DNA from: Lama glama
Lineage: Eukaryota
Length of the DNA stretch: 64,000 nt
Direction: 5' to 3'
NCBI GenBank assembly: GCA_028534125.1
Contig: CM052816.1
Coordinates: forward strand, 79,486,001 to 79,550,000
The notes under the pieces are model-generated. The model did no database searches. It saw only the letters and a list, made by a program, of their open reading frames with translations, and was not told where the DNA came from. Positions 22,470 through 34,967 of this stretch are shown here, piece after piece. The position numbers and the translations under genes were made by a program. The first letter of the stretch is position 1. Each line of letters starts with the position of its first letter.

Positions 22470-25400
22470 TTTTTTTTAACATTTTTTATTGAGTTACAGT
22501 CATTTTACAATGTTGTGTCAAATTCCAGTGTAGAGCACAATTTTTCAATTATACATGAACATACATATATTCATTGTCACATTTTTTTTCGCTGTGAGCT
22601 ACCACAAGATCTTGTATATATTTCCTTGTGCTATACAATATAATCTTGTTTATCTATTCTGCATATGCCTGTCAGTATCTACAAATTTTGAAATCCTAGT
22701 CTGTCCCTTCCCACTCCCTGCCCCCTTGGCAACCGCAAGTTTGTATTCTGTGTCTATGAGTCTGTTTCTGTTCTGTATTTATGTTCTTTTTTTTTTTTAG
22801 GTTACACATATGAGCGATCTCATATGGTATTTTTTCTTTCTCCTTCTGGCTTACTTCACTTAGAATAACATTCTCCAGGGACATCCATGTTGCTGCAAAT
22901 AGCATTATGTTGTCATTTTTATGGCTGAATAATATTTCATTGTATAAATATACCACCTCTTCTTTATCCAGTCATCTGTTGATGGACATTTAGGCTGTTT
23001 CCATGTCTTGGCTATTGTAAATAGTGCTGCTATGAACATTGGGGTGCAGGTGTCTTTTTGAAGCAGGATTTCTTCTGGATATATGCCCAGGAGCGGGATT
23101 CCCAGGTCATGAGGTAAGTCTATTCCTAGTCTTTTGAGGAGTCTCCATACTGTTTTCCACAGTGGCTGCACCAAACTGCATTCCCACCAGCAGTATAGGA
23201 GGGTTCCCTTTTCTCCACAGCCTCTCCAGCATTTGTCATTTGTGGACTTTTGAATGATGGCCATTCTGGCTGGTATGAGGTGATACATCATCATAGTTTT
23301 GATTTGCATTTCTCTGATAATTAGTGATATTGAGCATTTTTTCATGCACCTATTGATCATTTGTATTTCTTCCTTGGAGAATTGCTTGTTTAGGTCTTCT
23401 GCCCATTTTTGGATTGGGTTGTTTGTGTTTTTCTTATTATGTTGTATGAGCTGCTTATGTTTTCTGGAGGTCAAGCCTTTGTGAGTTTCATCGTTTGCAA
23501 AAATCTTCTCCCATTCTGTAGGTTGTCTTTTTGTTTTGCTTATGGTTTCCTTTGCTGTGCAGAAACTTGTAAGTTTAATTAAGTCCCATTTGTTTATTCT
23601 TGCTTTTATTTCTATTGCTTGAGTAGACTGTTCTAGGAGAACATTTTTGAGATATGTCAGATAATGTTTTGCCTATATTTTCTTCTAGGAGGTTTATTGT
23701 ATCTTGTCTTATGTTTAAGTCTTTGATCCATTTTGAGTTTATTTTTGCGTATGGTGTAAGGGAGTGTTCTAGCTTCACTGATTTACATGCTGCTGTCCAG
23801 TTTTCCCAACACCATTTGCTGAAGAGACTGTCTTTATTTCATTGTATATTCTTGCCTCCTTTGTCAAAGATTAGTTGACCAAAAGTATGTGGGTTCATTT
23901 CTGGGCTCTCTATTCTGTTCCATTGGTCTATATGTCTGTTTTTGTACCAATACCATGCTGTCTTGATGACTGTAGCTCTACAGTATTGTCCGAAGTCTGG
24001 GAGAGATATTCCTCCAGCCTCTTTCTTTTTCTTCAGTAATGCTTTGGCAATTCTAGGTCTTTTGTGATTCCATATAAGTTTTATTATGACTTGTTCTAGT
24101 TCTGTGAAATATGTCCTGGGTAATTTGATAGGGATTGCATTAAATCTGTAGAATGCCTTGGGCAGTATGACCATTTTAACAATATTGATTCTTCCAATTC
24201 AAGAGCATGGGATATCTTTCCATTTTTTTAAGCCCTCTTTAATTTCCTTAATCAGTGGTTTATAGTTTTCCATGTAAAAGTCTTTCACCCTCTTGGTTAG
24301 ATTTATTTCTAGGTATTTTATTACTTTGGGTGCTATTTTAAAGGGGAGTGCTTCTTTATTTTCTTTTTCTGTTGATTCATCATTAGTGTAAAGAAAAGCA
24401 ACTGATTTTTGAACGTTAATCTTGTAACCTGGTACCTTGCTAAATTCTTCTATTAATTCTAGTAGTTTTTGTGTGGACCTTTTAGGGTTTTCTATATATT
24501 GTATCATGTCATTAGCATATAGTGACACTTTCACTTCTTCTTTTCCAGTTTGGATCCCTTTTATTTCTCTCTCTTGCCTGATTGCTGTGGCTAGGACTTC
24601 CAAGACTATGTTGAATAGGAGTGGTGATAGTGGGCATCCTTGTCTTGTCCCAGATTTTAGTGGGAAGCTTTTGAGTTTGTCACCGTTGAGTACTATGCTG
24701 GCTGTAGGTTTGTCATAAATAGCTTTTATCATGTTGAGATATGTTCCCTCTATACCCACTTTGGTGAGAGTTTTTATCATAAATGGGTGTTGAATTTTAT
24801 CAGATGCTTTTTCTGCATCTATTGAGATGATCATGTGGTTTTTGTCCTTTCTCTTGTTGATGTGATATATTACATTGATTGATTTGTGTATGTTAAACAC
24901 CCTTGTGTCCCTGGGATGAACCCCACTTGATCATGATGTATAATCTTTTTTATGTGCTGTTGGATTATATTTGCTAATATATTGGTGAGGATTTTTGCAC
25001 CTATGTTCATCAGTGATATTGTTCTGTAATTCTCTTTTTTGGTAGTGTCTTTGCCTGGTTTTGATATCAGGGTGACGGTGGCTTCATAGAATGAGTTTGG
25101 GAGTATTCCCTCATTTCAATCTTCTGGAGGAGTTTGAGAAGCACTGGTATGAGTTCTTCTTTGTATGTTTGGTAGAATTCCCCAGTGAAGCCGTCTGGTC
25201 CTGGACTTTTATTTGTAGGGAGGTTTTTTTTTATTGCTAATTCGATTTCATTTCTAGTGATTGGTTTGTTCAAGTGGTCAGTTTCTTCTTGATTCAGTCT
25301 TGGTGGACTGTATGTTTCCAGAAACTTGCCCATCTCCTCTAGGTTATCCATTTTGGTTCCATATAGTTTTTCATAATATTCTCATATGATATTCTGTATT

Positions 25401-25828
25401 TCTATGTTATTTGTTGTAATTTCTCCATTTTTCTTTCTTATTTTGCTTATTTGTGCTCTCTCTTTTTTTCTTCTTTGTGAGTTTGGCCATAGGTTTGTTG
25501 ATTTTATTTCCTTTCTCAAAAAACCAGCTTTTGGTTTGATTGATTTTTTTCTATTTTTTTTAAAGCTCTATTTTATTTATTTCCTCCCTGATCTTTATTA
25601 TTTCCTTCCTTCTGCCGACTTCTGGGGTTTTTTTGCTCTTCTTTTTCTAATTCTTTTAGCTGGTGGGTTAGATTGTTTATCTGAGATTGTTCTTCTTTTT
25701 TGAGGAAGGCCTGTATTGCTATAAACTTCCCTCTTAGCACTGCCTTTGCTGCATCCCATAAATTTTGTGTGGTTGTGTTTTCATTTTCGTTTGTCTCAAG
25801 GTATTTTTTAATTTCAACTTTGATTTCA
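22470..25828 (-). mobile_element. Young 5'-truncated LINE-1 (~3.36 kb): disrupted ORF2 (pre-RT region, RT, Cys-rich domain), 3' UTR and poly(A)
   Basis: ORF fragments include [59 protein letters not shown] and [20 protein letters not shown]-run lies at 22470-22477. The TSD-like pair is TCTGTAGCTTCTTTT (22459) and TCTGCTGCTTCTTTT (25829). Several frameshifts and stops are present. Confidence 0.97.
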
Positions 25829-25840
25829 TCTGCTGCTTCT

Positions 25841-26388
25841 TTTTTTATTGAAGTATAGTCAGTTTACAAAGTAGTGTCAATTTCTGAGGTATAGCATAAT
25901 GTTTTAGTCACACATATACATACATACATTTGTTTTCATATTCTTCTTCATTATAGGTTATTATAAGATATTGAATTTGTTCCCCATTCTATACAGTAGA
26001 AACTTGTTTATCTAGTTTATGTATAGTAGTCAGTATCTGCAAATCCAGAACTCCAAATTTATCCCTCTACCTGCCCTTTCCCCTCTGGTAACCATAAGTT
26101 TGTTTTCTATGTCTGTGAGTCTATTTCTGTTTTGTAAATAAGATCATTGTGTCCTTTTTTAAGATTCCACATATAAGTGATATCATATGGTATTTTTCTT
26201 TCTCTTTCTTGCTTACTTCCCTTAGAATGATGATCTCCAGGTCCATCTATGTTGCAGCAAATGGCATTATTTTATTTTTTATGACTGAGTAGTATTCCAT
26301 TGTATAAATATACCACAACTTCTTTATCCAGTCATCTGTTGATGGACATTTAGGTTGTTTCTGTGTCTTGGCTAGTGTAAATAGTGAT
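25841..26388 (-). mobile_element. L1 3' end fragment (~550 bp) with TSD
   Basis: L1 3' UTR sequence flanked by TGCTTCTTTTTT at 25834 and 26388. Confidence 0.93.
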
Positions 26389-27359
26389 GCTTCTTTTTTC
26401 AGCTCAACTTTTTTGAAAGCTGTAAAAGATTATCTGCACTAACATTTGAATAGTCAATGAAAATTTATTTCAGACTCAGACACATAAAAGAGAAGTTCTT
26501 CATTTTAACTGGTAACAAATTTTTCTTTCAAACAGAACATTTCCATGCTGCTTTATCACCATTTCTCTGGTTGTGCATTCTGTCTTCTTTGTAAGCCCAG
26601 TTTACTATTTAGCATGTGCTTCACTTCATTTTAAAGTTGGCTACACACTTTATTTTTAATCTCAGACCATAGAACATATTCACGTGATTTAAAACAAACA
26701 TTTACACACATACAATAAGTAACATATTCCAAAAGTCATAAAAGTCATAGCAGTCATGCTGTTTTACTTGGTCAACAGAGTGTACTTGTTTTTATTTTAA
26801 TTTTTGGAAGGTTTGTTTTTGTCCTTATTTTGTGTTTCTGGACTTTCCCCCTGCTTTAGTTAATTTTAACATGGCTTTGCAGAATGTGCAATATGACACA
26901 ATTCACAGAAATCTTCTCCAGCTTAGGCTCATTTCCTTTGCCATGGCATAAGAATAAAAATTTGTTCCCAATTTCCTCCATCCAAGCTTAACCCTCTATT
27001 TTCTGTTTCTGACCCTTGTCCATGAAGCCAACCCCTAACATTCTACTATGTGTGTGTTTTTTTTTCCCCTCCGGGTTTTTCAATTTTACTTTATCTGTCT
27101 TACCATTCATCACTGTTCAGTGTTGGTCGATCCATCTACTAACCCACAATACAAACCTATTTCCTCTGTGACAACTTCCTGGATCCACTTTGGGGCTTGA
27201 TAAATTAATATCTTTAAAAATTAGCAAGCAGCCAAGAAAAGGTTAATCTTCTAAGGATTTTGCATCAGTACAAACCCAGGGAAATAGGCTTAGTTCCTGG
27301 ATTCTTAGACAAAGGTTATGACCAAGGTGGCAGCAAATGAGAGAGAGCCTGCAGATGAG

Positions 27360-27540
27360 TAGTTCTCCCAGTTTAGTGTGCTTTAGAGAATGCCCCTGGG
27401 CTGCTTGTAAGAGGTGTGATTTCTAGGCCTAACTTCCAGAGATTCTGATTCAGAAAGTCTGAGATGACATCCCAGAATCTGCACCCAACAAGAGTTCTAA
27501 GAAATCAGGTTTTGTCTCATGCTTTGAAGAACAATTCAGT
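27360..27540. mobile_element. MER5-family MITE
   Basis: Shows CCAGAGATTCTGATTCAGAAAGTCTGAGATG..AGAATCTGCA. Confidence 0.65.
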
Positions 27541-27967
27541 GAGAAACACAGAAAGCTCTTATAAGATCGATGCATGTATGTTCATAGTATTGACACAAGG
27601 AGGAAGATGAATTAAGTGTCTACCATGTATGGGAAATAATCATCCCTTTTTTCAGATTTTCTGGAAGATTCTTTAAAGAAACTATAATTAAAGGAACCAT
27701 TTAAGTAACTCAAGAGAAAAATATATTTAGGAGGAACTGTTTTGTAAGGAGTGTAAGGAAACTATTTGAACTTGCTCTGAAATATGACAGACAGAAAACT
27801 CCAAAGGAAAGCATGCATGGTTGATAAGGTAGAAAAATTTGAAATAGTTAAGATGGGGGCTAATTTAAACCTTATAACATCCATAATTGTAATGATTCAG
27901 TCTGTATTATTAGAAGTTTATGGATATACAACCAGCTCCCATTTAATCTCGAAAGATATTTGAATTA

Positions 27968-28140
27968 GGGCTTGATTCTCACTGATGGCTGCACAATAGA
28001 ATTATCTGAGAGCTTTAATAAATATTTATGTCTAAGGCTTACCCCCTACATATTGGGTTTCAATTGGTCTTAGGCATGGCCTGTGCATTGGGACTTCTAA
28101 AACCTTTTCAGGCAATTTTAATGTGCAGCCAAGTAGTTGG
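27968..28140. mobile_element. MER5A1-like MITE
   Basis: Shows GGCTGCACAATAGAATTATCTGAGAGCTTT..AATTGGTCT..TTTTAATGTGCAGCCAAG. Confidence 0.7.
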
Positions 28141-30504
28141 TGAGAGAAATACAGCAGTATGAAATTAAACTATCAAGATAAACTGATATTAGAGTAATTT
28201 GCACACAATGAATGTGCTTTGTAGTTAGTTCTTCATCTCTGTAGCTTTTTACTCTTTCTCTTTTTAGACTTACTGTTGTCTAAAACAAACAAACAAAAAA
28301 AACCTGATAGTGCTACTCAGCACTGTCCGAGGGAGAGAGAGAGAAAGAGAGAGACAGAAATGGGATTAAGGAGAAAATAAACATCTGATCACTAGAGAAA
28401 CCTTTTATGATCTGAATAGAGATGAGTTATCAAGTTTTACCAGGAATGGGAGAAAGTATTCTCAAGACTATCTCAAGCCTCTTGGCTCTGAATCCATCAT
28501 CACTGCTCAGTTTTCTGACTATAAATTGGAGTCCTGGGAGATGTCAGTACAGACAGGGTGACTGGCCAGGGTATCCCGGTGCCCTAAGTATTGATTTTTC
28601 TCATTGTAAATTTATATGTTGACATGTGGTTTATAATGGTGTCTCTACTGAGTCTGGAGAGTATTAGTTGAGCCCCCTGGCTCCCACAACTCTTCTAATT
28701 ATGGTGTCAAAATAGTTTCTGGAGTGCAAACTTGAGTGTTTGAGACTTAGCTTAATGGAGCAGCTGGACTACAAACACATTTCTAGGTTGTTTCTCAACA
28801 ACTGTAAAAATATATTATAGAGTTTTCAGAACTGTTAGGAGTCTATATTTTATTTTACAAGTAAGAGTGCAGGTTCAAAGAGCTAAAGTAACAAGCCAAG
28901 GACACAAGACAAGGACATGGATGGCTTGGGACAAAAAACTTTTGAATCTAAAGGCAACAATGCTTCAGCGTTACAGTGTGTCCCACAAATGATGCTTGTC
29001 CTAATGACTTTGTTTTTACCAACTGATGAGAACAGTAGCCTTTTAACAACAGTCCACTTTTCTTAGGAAGCAAATCCCACCATGGATAAAAATGACTTAG
29101 TAATTATAGAAGCTTCACTTAGGGTAATTTTTATCAAGGGCTTACAGCTTCCAAAACCAATTTGTGTTGATGCATGACGACACACTTCTTAAGCCTGGCA
29201 TGGATTTCTTTCTTTCTTTTTTTGTCATCCAAAAGTACCCCTGCCCAAGCATACTAAAACCCAGATAGAAAAAGAGAAACAACCTCACTTACTGGAAAAT
29301 TTGATCTTCCTCACTTTGAAAATAACCCTCAAGCTTTGGCAAAATGCTTAGATTCTATTAAACAACACAGCCATCCATGAAACTTGGTTTCCTACTTAAG
29401 GAACGCACCAATAAGGAGTAAAAGGGGAGGTCAGGATGCTCCACAGATGTGATTTACTTCCTTCAGCATGTTTAGACAGATCTCCTGCAGAGTTGCCTTC
29501 CAATGTAATAGCCATATAAAATTTATTTTCTCTCTTCTACTTCAAGTTGGTTATGCTGTGTTTGCCCAGTGCTAACAGGGCTAGAGAATAACAAAAACCA
29601 GACCAGAAATCGCTGTATTTATTCTGGGCTCTAACTGTCATATGTGAAAACCGTCACTGGACTCCCACCAGGCTGTTGATTGGATACAGCTTATGACCTC
29701 CTTACTCATTCCATTTAAATGACCCTGAAGATATGAGCTCATCAGTGCTCAGAGGCAGTATTGGCACAAGCTGGGTAACCAGTTCATGCTCAGAACTCAG
29801 GAACATCTCACCAATAGCCTAAGAAACTCTCTATCATAAAGCAGCTTATAGGTTTGATGTAATTTACACGATGTGTCACAGTTTCTGTGAACTGGCAGAG
29901 AAAAAAACGTTCCGTGTGAATGTTCAAAACACTTTAAAACCAAGTGTCTCTGAAACAGTGTGTTGGCATAAACAACTGTTAGGGACTTTAAAATGTAGGC
30001 TGTTCCTACTTCTTCCTTTCACATCTCTTTTCCAGGTAGTGGCAAACCCCTCAGGCTAACAGCTTTCTTCTGGATAATTGATATGACAACTGGTGTTTCT
30101 GTGCACCTGGCTTATGCGTTCACAGTGAAATTTATTACCAGGGTCAGGACCAGAGAGAAAAGAAGAGAGTGAAAGGAGATGTTAATGCTTCAGAAGATAC
30201 AGAGTTTAGGATTCTATAAAAATGCTGCTTCAGATTATAAGATGGTTACATAACGTCCTTAGAATGACTGGAAAGCCAGAACACAGAAAAGTTACCAACA
30301 GTTGGTCACATTACCCAACACCCACATACGTTAGAAAAAGTATGTGAAATCTGATCCAGGTCTCTGAATTGAAATAAAAACATCCCAAACAAAAATAGGG
30401 GTGGTCAGAATTCTACTGTCCAAGTGGAGACCACCGAGCTTTCTAGGTTCTACATGAAACTGAATGGAATTTAGGCCAAAGAAAGCAAAGTTCCTTTATA
30501 AAAT

Positions 30505-31630
30505 TGAGAGAAAATTAATCTGCAAAGGAAATTAATGTGTTGCAGGAGTTTAAATATTTAAAACAAGAATTGTACCTAGTGCCCACATCTTTGTTTCTAA
30601 TAGCATTAGGAAAAAGGAAGGAAGGAAGGAAGAGAGAAAGGAAGGAAGAAAGAAAAGAAAGAAAGAGAAAGAGAAAGAAAGAGAAAGAAAGAAACAGAGC
30701 TCCTTGGTAAAATGGCTGATCCCAGGGCAAGAAATACATGCAAGATGAACCTGGAACATTTTTTATGCCAGAAAGTAAGGAAGTACTCAAAAACTCCAAA
30801 CATACTGATGGAGATATATCAAAGGGACACAAGAGCCAACAGAAAGAACTTCCAGTGGCCAAATCTGGAAAATTTGAGCAAACAAAATAGTATTGGGTTG
30901 TAAGTCAAACTATACAATAAATATCCATCAGTTCATTTGGATATGGATATGAATTTCAAATAATATATGTTGATACTCCACTCTCAAGGAAGTGGGTGAT
31001 AACTTTCCACACCTTGATGTGTGCTGCACATAGTAACTTCCTTCTAACACCATGAAAATGTGTGGGAGAGGGGCGTCATTCTACAGTGGAGAAACCTGAC
31101 AAACACTGCCTCAGCCAGGGCACCAAATTTAACATCATCAGGGAGATGTCACATTGATAGTATGCACCTTGGATGTGACGTGATGAAAATGGCATTTTTA
31201 CCTTCGTGCTCTTCCTCCCCCAGACCCACAATCATGAAAAAAACAACAAATTGTACAAAATACCTGACTACTGTTCCTCAAAACTTTCAAGATCATCAAA
31301 AACAAACACAAGTGTGAAAAACTGTCACAGCCAAGAGGAGCTTGAGGAGACGTGAGGACTGAATGCGATGTGACGTCCTGTATTGGATCCTGGGACAGAA
31401 AAAGAACTTTTGATTAAAAAAAAAAAAGACACTAAGGAAATTTGAATAAAGCATTAACCTCAGTTAATAATGCTGTATCAATATTGGTTCATTAATTGTG
31501 ACAAACATACCAAGTCACATAAGAGGTTAAAAATAAGGGAATTGGCGTGGGGGTGTATGAGGGCTCTCTGTATTATCTTCATAACTTTTCTGTAAATTTA
31601 AAAGTATTCTAAAATTTAAAGGCTATTTAA
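30505..31630 (+). mobile_element. L1MC-type 3' end
   Basis: Shows AGAGCTCCTTGGTAAAATGGCTGAT..CAAGATGAACCTGGAACAT, CAGTGGAGAAACCTGACAAACAC and GGATCCTGGGACAGAAAAAG..TATCAATATTGGTTCATTAATTGTGACAAA. Confidence 0.8.
30608..30694. repeat. (GGAA)n/(GAAA)n purine-rich microsatellite
   Basis: Directly visible A/G-only tract inside the L1MC element. Confidence 0.95.
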
Positions 31631-31631
31631 A

Positions 31632-31815
31632 CTACTATACAAAATAGATAAACAACAAGGTCCTGCTGTATAGCCCAGGGAACTACAGTCAATATCTTGT
31701 AATGGACTATAGTGAAAAAAGAATATGAAAAGGAAAATATATATATAAATGAGTCATTATGCTGTACACTAGAAATTAACACAACATTGGAATTCGACTA
31801 TACGTTAATTTAAAA
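31632..31815 (+). mobile_element. L1 3' UTR terminal fragment
   Basis: Shows AAATAGATAAACAACAAGGTCCTGCTGTATAGCCCAGGGAACTA..GCTGTACACTAGAAATTAACACAACATTG. TATTTAAA occurs on both sides. Confidence 0.85.
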
Positions 31816-32309
31816 TGTTATTTAAAATAGTAGTTTATTTTAATAGTAGGTTATTTTAAATAGTAGTTTAAGAAAAAGCAGAGTCTAGAGAGAGAAGATG
31901 GTTATTATGCAGTGAGTAAGGTAAAGAAGGAAAAAAAGGACACACTCGGGTGATGTGACTGGGTTTGCTGTGAGGTTACAGAAACCTGGAGAATAATTCT
32001 AGGGATGAGGCCTGCCCTGGGGTGACCCTGAAGGTGCAGGTACAGACTTTTCAACAGTGAGTGACAGTGTGTGTTTGCATGTTCAAAGGCAGTGAAGAGG
32101 AAGAGACGGACACCACAAAAGAATCTCTGCCTAGGGATTTGTAGAGGGCAGAGTTGTGTTTACCGATGTTTAGATGATGGGAAGAGAGTTTCTCTTAAAT
32201 CCAGCTATGGAGAATTAAATCTCGGTGGTTCTCATTTCTGCAAGCTTGTCCTGTTCTAGGGCTGTGAGCCTGATTCTGGGAGAGAGCTTCTTGGGGGCAC
32301 TTTTCATAA

Positions 32310-32770
32310 TCAAGAGACATCTGCTGAGCGTCTGCTGTGTGTCAGGAATCAAAGATGCAGAGATGAAGAAGATGAGGTCTGGGGTCCTTGGTGTCAGGAG
32401 TCTCACTGAAATAGGGAGGGCAGGTCCACAGGACAATATGAGAATCGGTAATACAGAAGTAAACATGGGCTGCTCAGGGGCCATAGAAAAGAAGCATCTT
32501 GATTAGGCTTGGGGACAGTGAAGATTTCAGCTGAGTTTGGAAGAATAACTTAAAAATCAGCCAGGTGAAGGGCAGGGCCTGGAGGCAAGAGGGAGCAGCT
32601 GAGCAAAGTCAAGGAGGCGTGAGACAATGTGCCCCACTTAGGGGAGGGCCATGAGCTCTGCACAGCTGGAGGGAAGACACACAGCTGGAGGGTGGTGGCA
32701 AGAAATGAGGCCAAAGCAGAACAATAAGGTCTTGAGGAATGACCTGAGGACATGAACTTTTTCTGAAATA
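32310..32770 (-). mobile_element. L2 fragment
   Basis: Shows ACATCTGCTGAGCGTCTGCTGTGTGTCAGG..GGAGTCTCAC..CAGCTGAGTTTGGAAG..AAATGAGGCC. Confidence 0.65.
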
Positions 32771-33224
32771 TTACACTCAGCCTCCTGAGTCTCTCATACC
32801 CCACTTCCAGGCATCCACGGTTGCTGTGGAATAACGTGTTAAGTAATCCTGCAAGATACGCGGAGAGATGAACGTGAGGTCAGCCGATGTTGTGAGCTGG
32901 CAGACTGCAGCCCGATGTGTTCTCGTCATTTTGATTGTACTGAGTGTCCCAATTCAATCACAAGGAGTGTATTTTAAAGGAAGTGAAAGCTCATGTAATA
33001 ATGTCCGACATCTCTGCCTCGTGAAGATGATAAAAGAATGTAGAGGGAATTCCTCAGTCGGATGAACTGTGCCATACAACATTTTTAGACCTACCTGTTT
33101 GACATTCTTGGGATGAAGATCTTGCTATTCATCAAATCCTAGAGTGAATGTTTCCATGGCCTGCGGGTGCTCTTTGAGTGCCTGCAGGGTACAGAAAACT
33201 GTAATTTAACCCCAGCATGCCCTT

Positions 33225-33310
33225 AGCAAGAACGGAAATGTTACAAGAACTGGGAATGTTTCACTTGGAGAAGAGAAGGCTTAAGGGCACGTTTAAAGAA
33301 GGGCTTGTTC
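33225..33310 (+). mobile_element. L3/CR1 LINE fragment
   Basis: AAGAACTGGGAATGTTTCACTTGGAGAAGAGAAGGCTTAAGGG encodes ELGMFHLEKRRLKG, matching the CR1 C-terminal motif 'LGLFSLEKRRLRG'. Confidence 0.75.
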
Positions 33311-33816
33311 CCCAGATGGTCATCAGTTGGCCGGGGCAATATGAGGTTCACAAGAGCCCTGTTGCTTTTACTCCATATCCACAGTGCCTTGCAGACAGCT
33401 CCACAAGAGGAGGCACTCCATGAGAACTGCTGGGTGGCTGGCAGGATGGATGGATGGAGGAAGGATGGGGCTACATTTGAGGTGATGCTGCCAACCGTAC
33501 AAAGCCAGCCCTCTTAGGAGCAGTGGGGGAAGTTGGCTGCTGAAAGCCACGATGGTGGCAGAGTGTAGCAGAGTTCTGAGAGCCGGGCTCTGAAACCAGG
33601 CCCCTGGAGCTGCTTCTGTCTCTGTCACTTTCTAGCCTGGAATGGGCAGGAAACATCACCTCTCTGTCCTAGGTTTCCTCATCAGTAAATGAGGGATATT
33701 GAAAGATATAAAAATTATGTTTATATCATGTAATCATTGTATACATCACTTAATCCTCACATCATATTCATCACTTAATATATGTGATTATAATTTTTAT
33801 ATATGTGTTATTTATA

Positions 33817-33820
<4 letters not shown>

Positions 33821-33864
<44 letters not shown>
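33821..33864. repeat. (TA)n microsatellite
   Basis: Directly visible perfect run. Confidence 0.97.
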
Positions 33865-33869
<5 letters not shown>

Positions 33870-34967
33870 CAGCCTTTAACAGTTCTTAGTTCTAACAGAA
33901 ACTGGCACAAGGAAATCCTTAAAATACCATTTCTCTATTAATTTTAAGGTGTCTTTCCTCTTTGGTACTTAAACTCTCAACACTGATAACAAGGAGAAAG
34001 GAGAGACAAGATAGGGAAACAGGATACCATGTTCCACTTTTTTTCACTCTCTTATTTTGAGTTAAAAGAAATGGAACAGAACTAAGGAAAATGATTATTG
34101 TTGAAGGAGTCAAATAAGTCTGAATGAAGCTACAAAAACCCCCAAAGTGTGGCCTGGTTAACCTGATAAACCAGGGAGCTTTTCAGTCTGGGTCAGACGG
34201 GTTGACCTAAAGCTGAATTTCACACGGACTGAAAAATGGAGGGAGATTAAGAAGTGGCAGAGTTTTCAGCACCAACCAGCATGGAAAAAATGCATTTTCA
34301 CCTAAAATTGAATTCCATGCTTTAAAACAAGGATCGAGCTGAAACCCAGAGCTGGCGCAGATCTGTGCCCGGCTTCCTCATTCGGCTGTGGTATCGTCCT
34401 CACATCGCACTGATTCCAGGAACTTCTCCTGGCCACTAGTCAGGGAGCAGGTGGTGACTGACTCTGCGGTGACACTCCGCTCTGGGCTGTCACAGAGGAC
34501 TCTCCCTTCTGTCTCCACACCCCTCACTCGGGGGCAGCCACCCCACTCTCATCTCACCCAGCAGACAGTGCCTGTGCTGAGAGGCAGCTTCTCGAGTCTG
34601 CAAGTGAGAAGATGGTGATTCAGGCTTGCTGCCAAATCTCTGGTTCTTGAAATTATTTGGTAGGTGGAATTTGCTGAGCTCTTTTTCTCTGACTTGAAAA
34701 CAAGATGAGAAGAGAGGAAGGGTTGATATGGCTGCTGCTGTCTGGGTTTGAAGGGAAGGCCCTCCTGGGGTGGTAGCCTGTGTCTCTTGGAACAGATACC
34801 GCATGGGCAGTGCTGACTGACTTCCGAGGCCCAGTAGGTCCGGCTGGGTATCTGTTGTGCACATCGGGGTTGTTGGCCAAATACCCAATCCATCCAGGTC
34901 CACTGAATATTAAAATGCATTTGGGAGAATCGGGGAATTGACCTTGATTTTTAAAAAGGCCTGTTAA

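Noticed and set aside
22905..25351. ORFs of 94-233 aa as a functional reverse-transcriptase gene
   Set aside because: They are frameshifted pieces of a 5'-truncated L1 ORF2 with no promoter, ORF1 or endonuclease domain, and the catalytic motif is mutated.
30515..30862. Hydrophobic F/L/S-rich 'membrane protein' ORFs
   Set aside because: They are artefacts of the (TTTC)n microsatellite within an L1MC element.
34388..34920. Overlapping 75-137 aa ORFs in a GC-richer unique block
   Set aside because: No recognisable domain or convincing splice structure. ORFs in several frames are expected where GC content is higher, and the block is not a CpG island.
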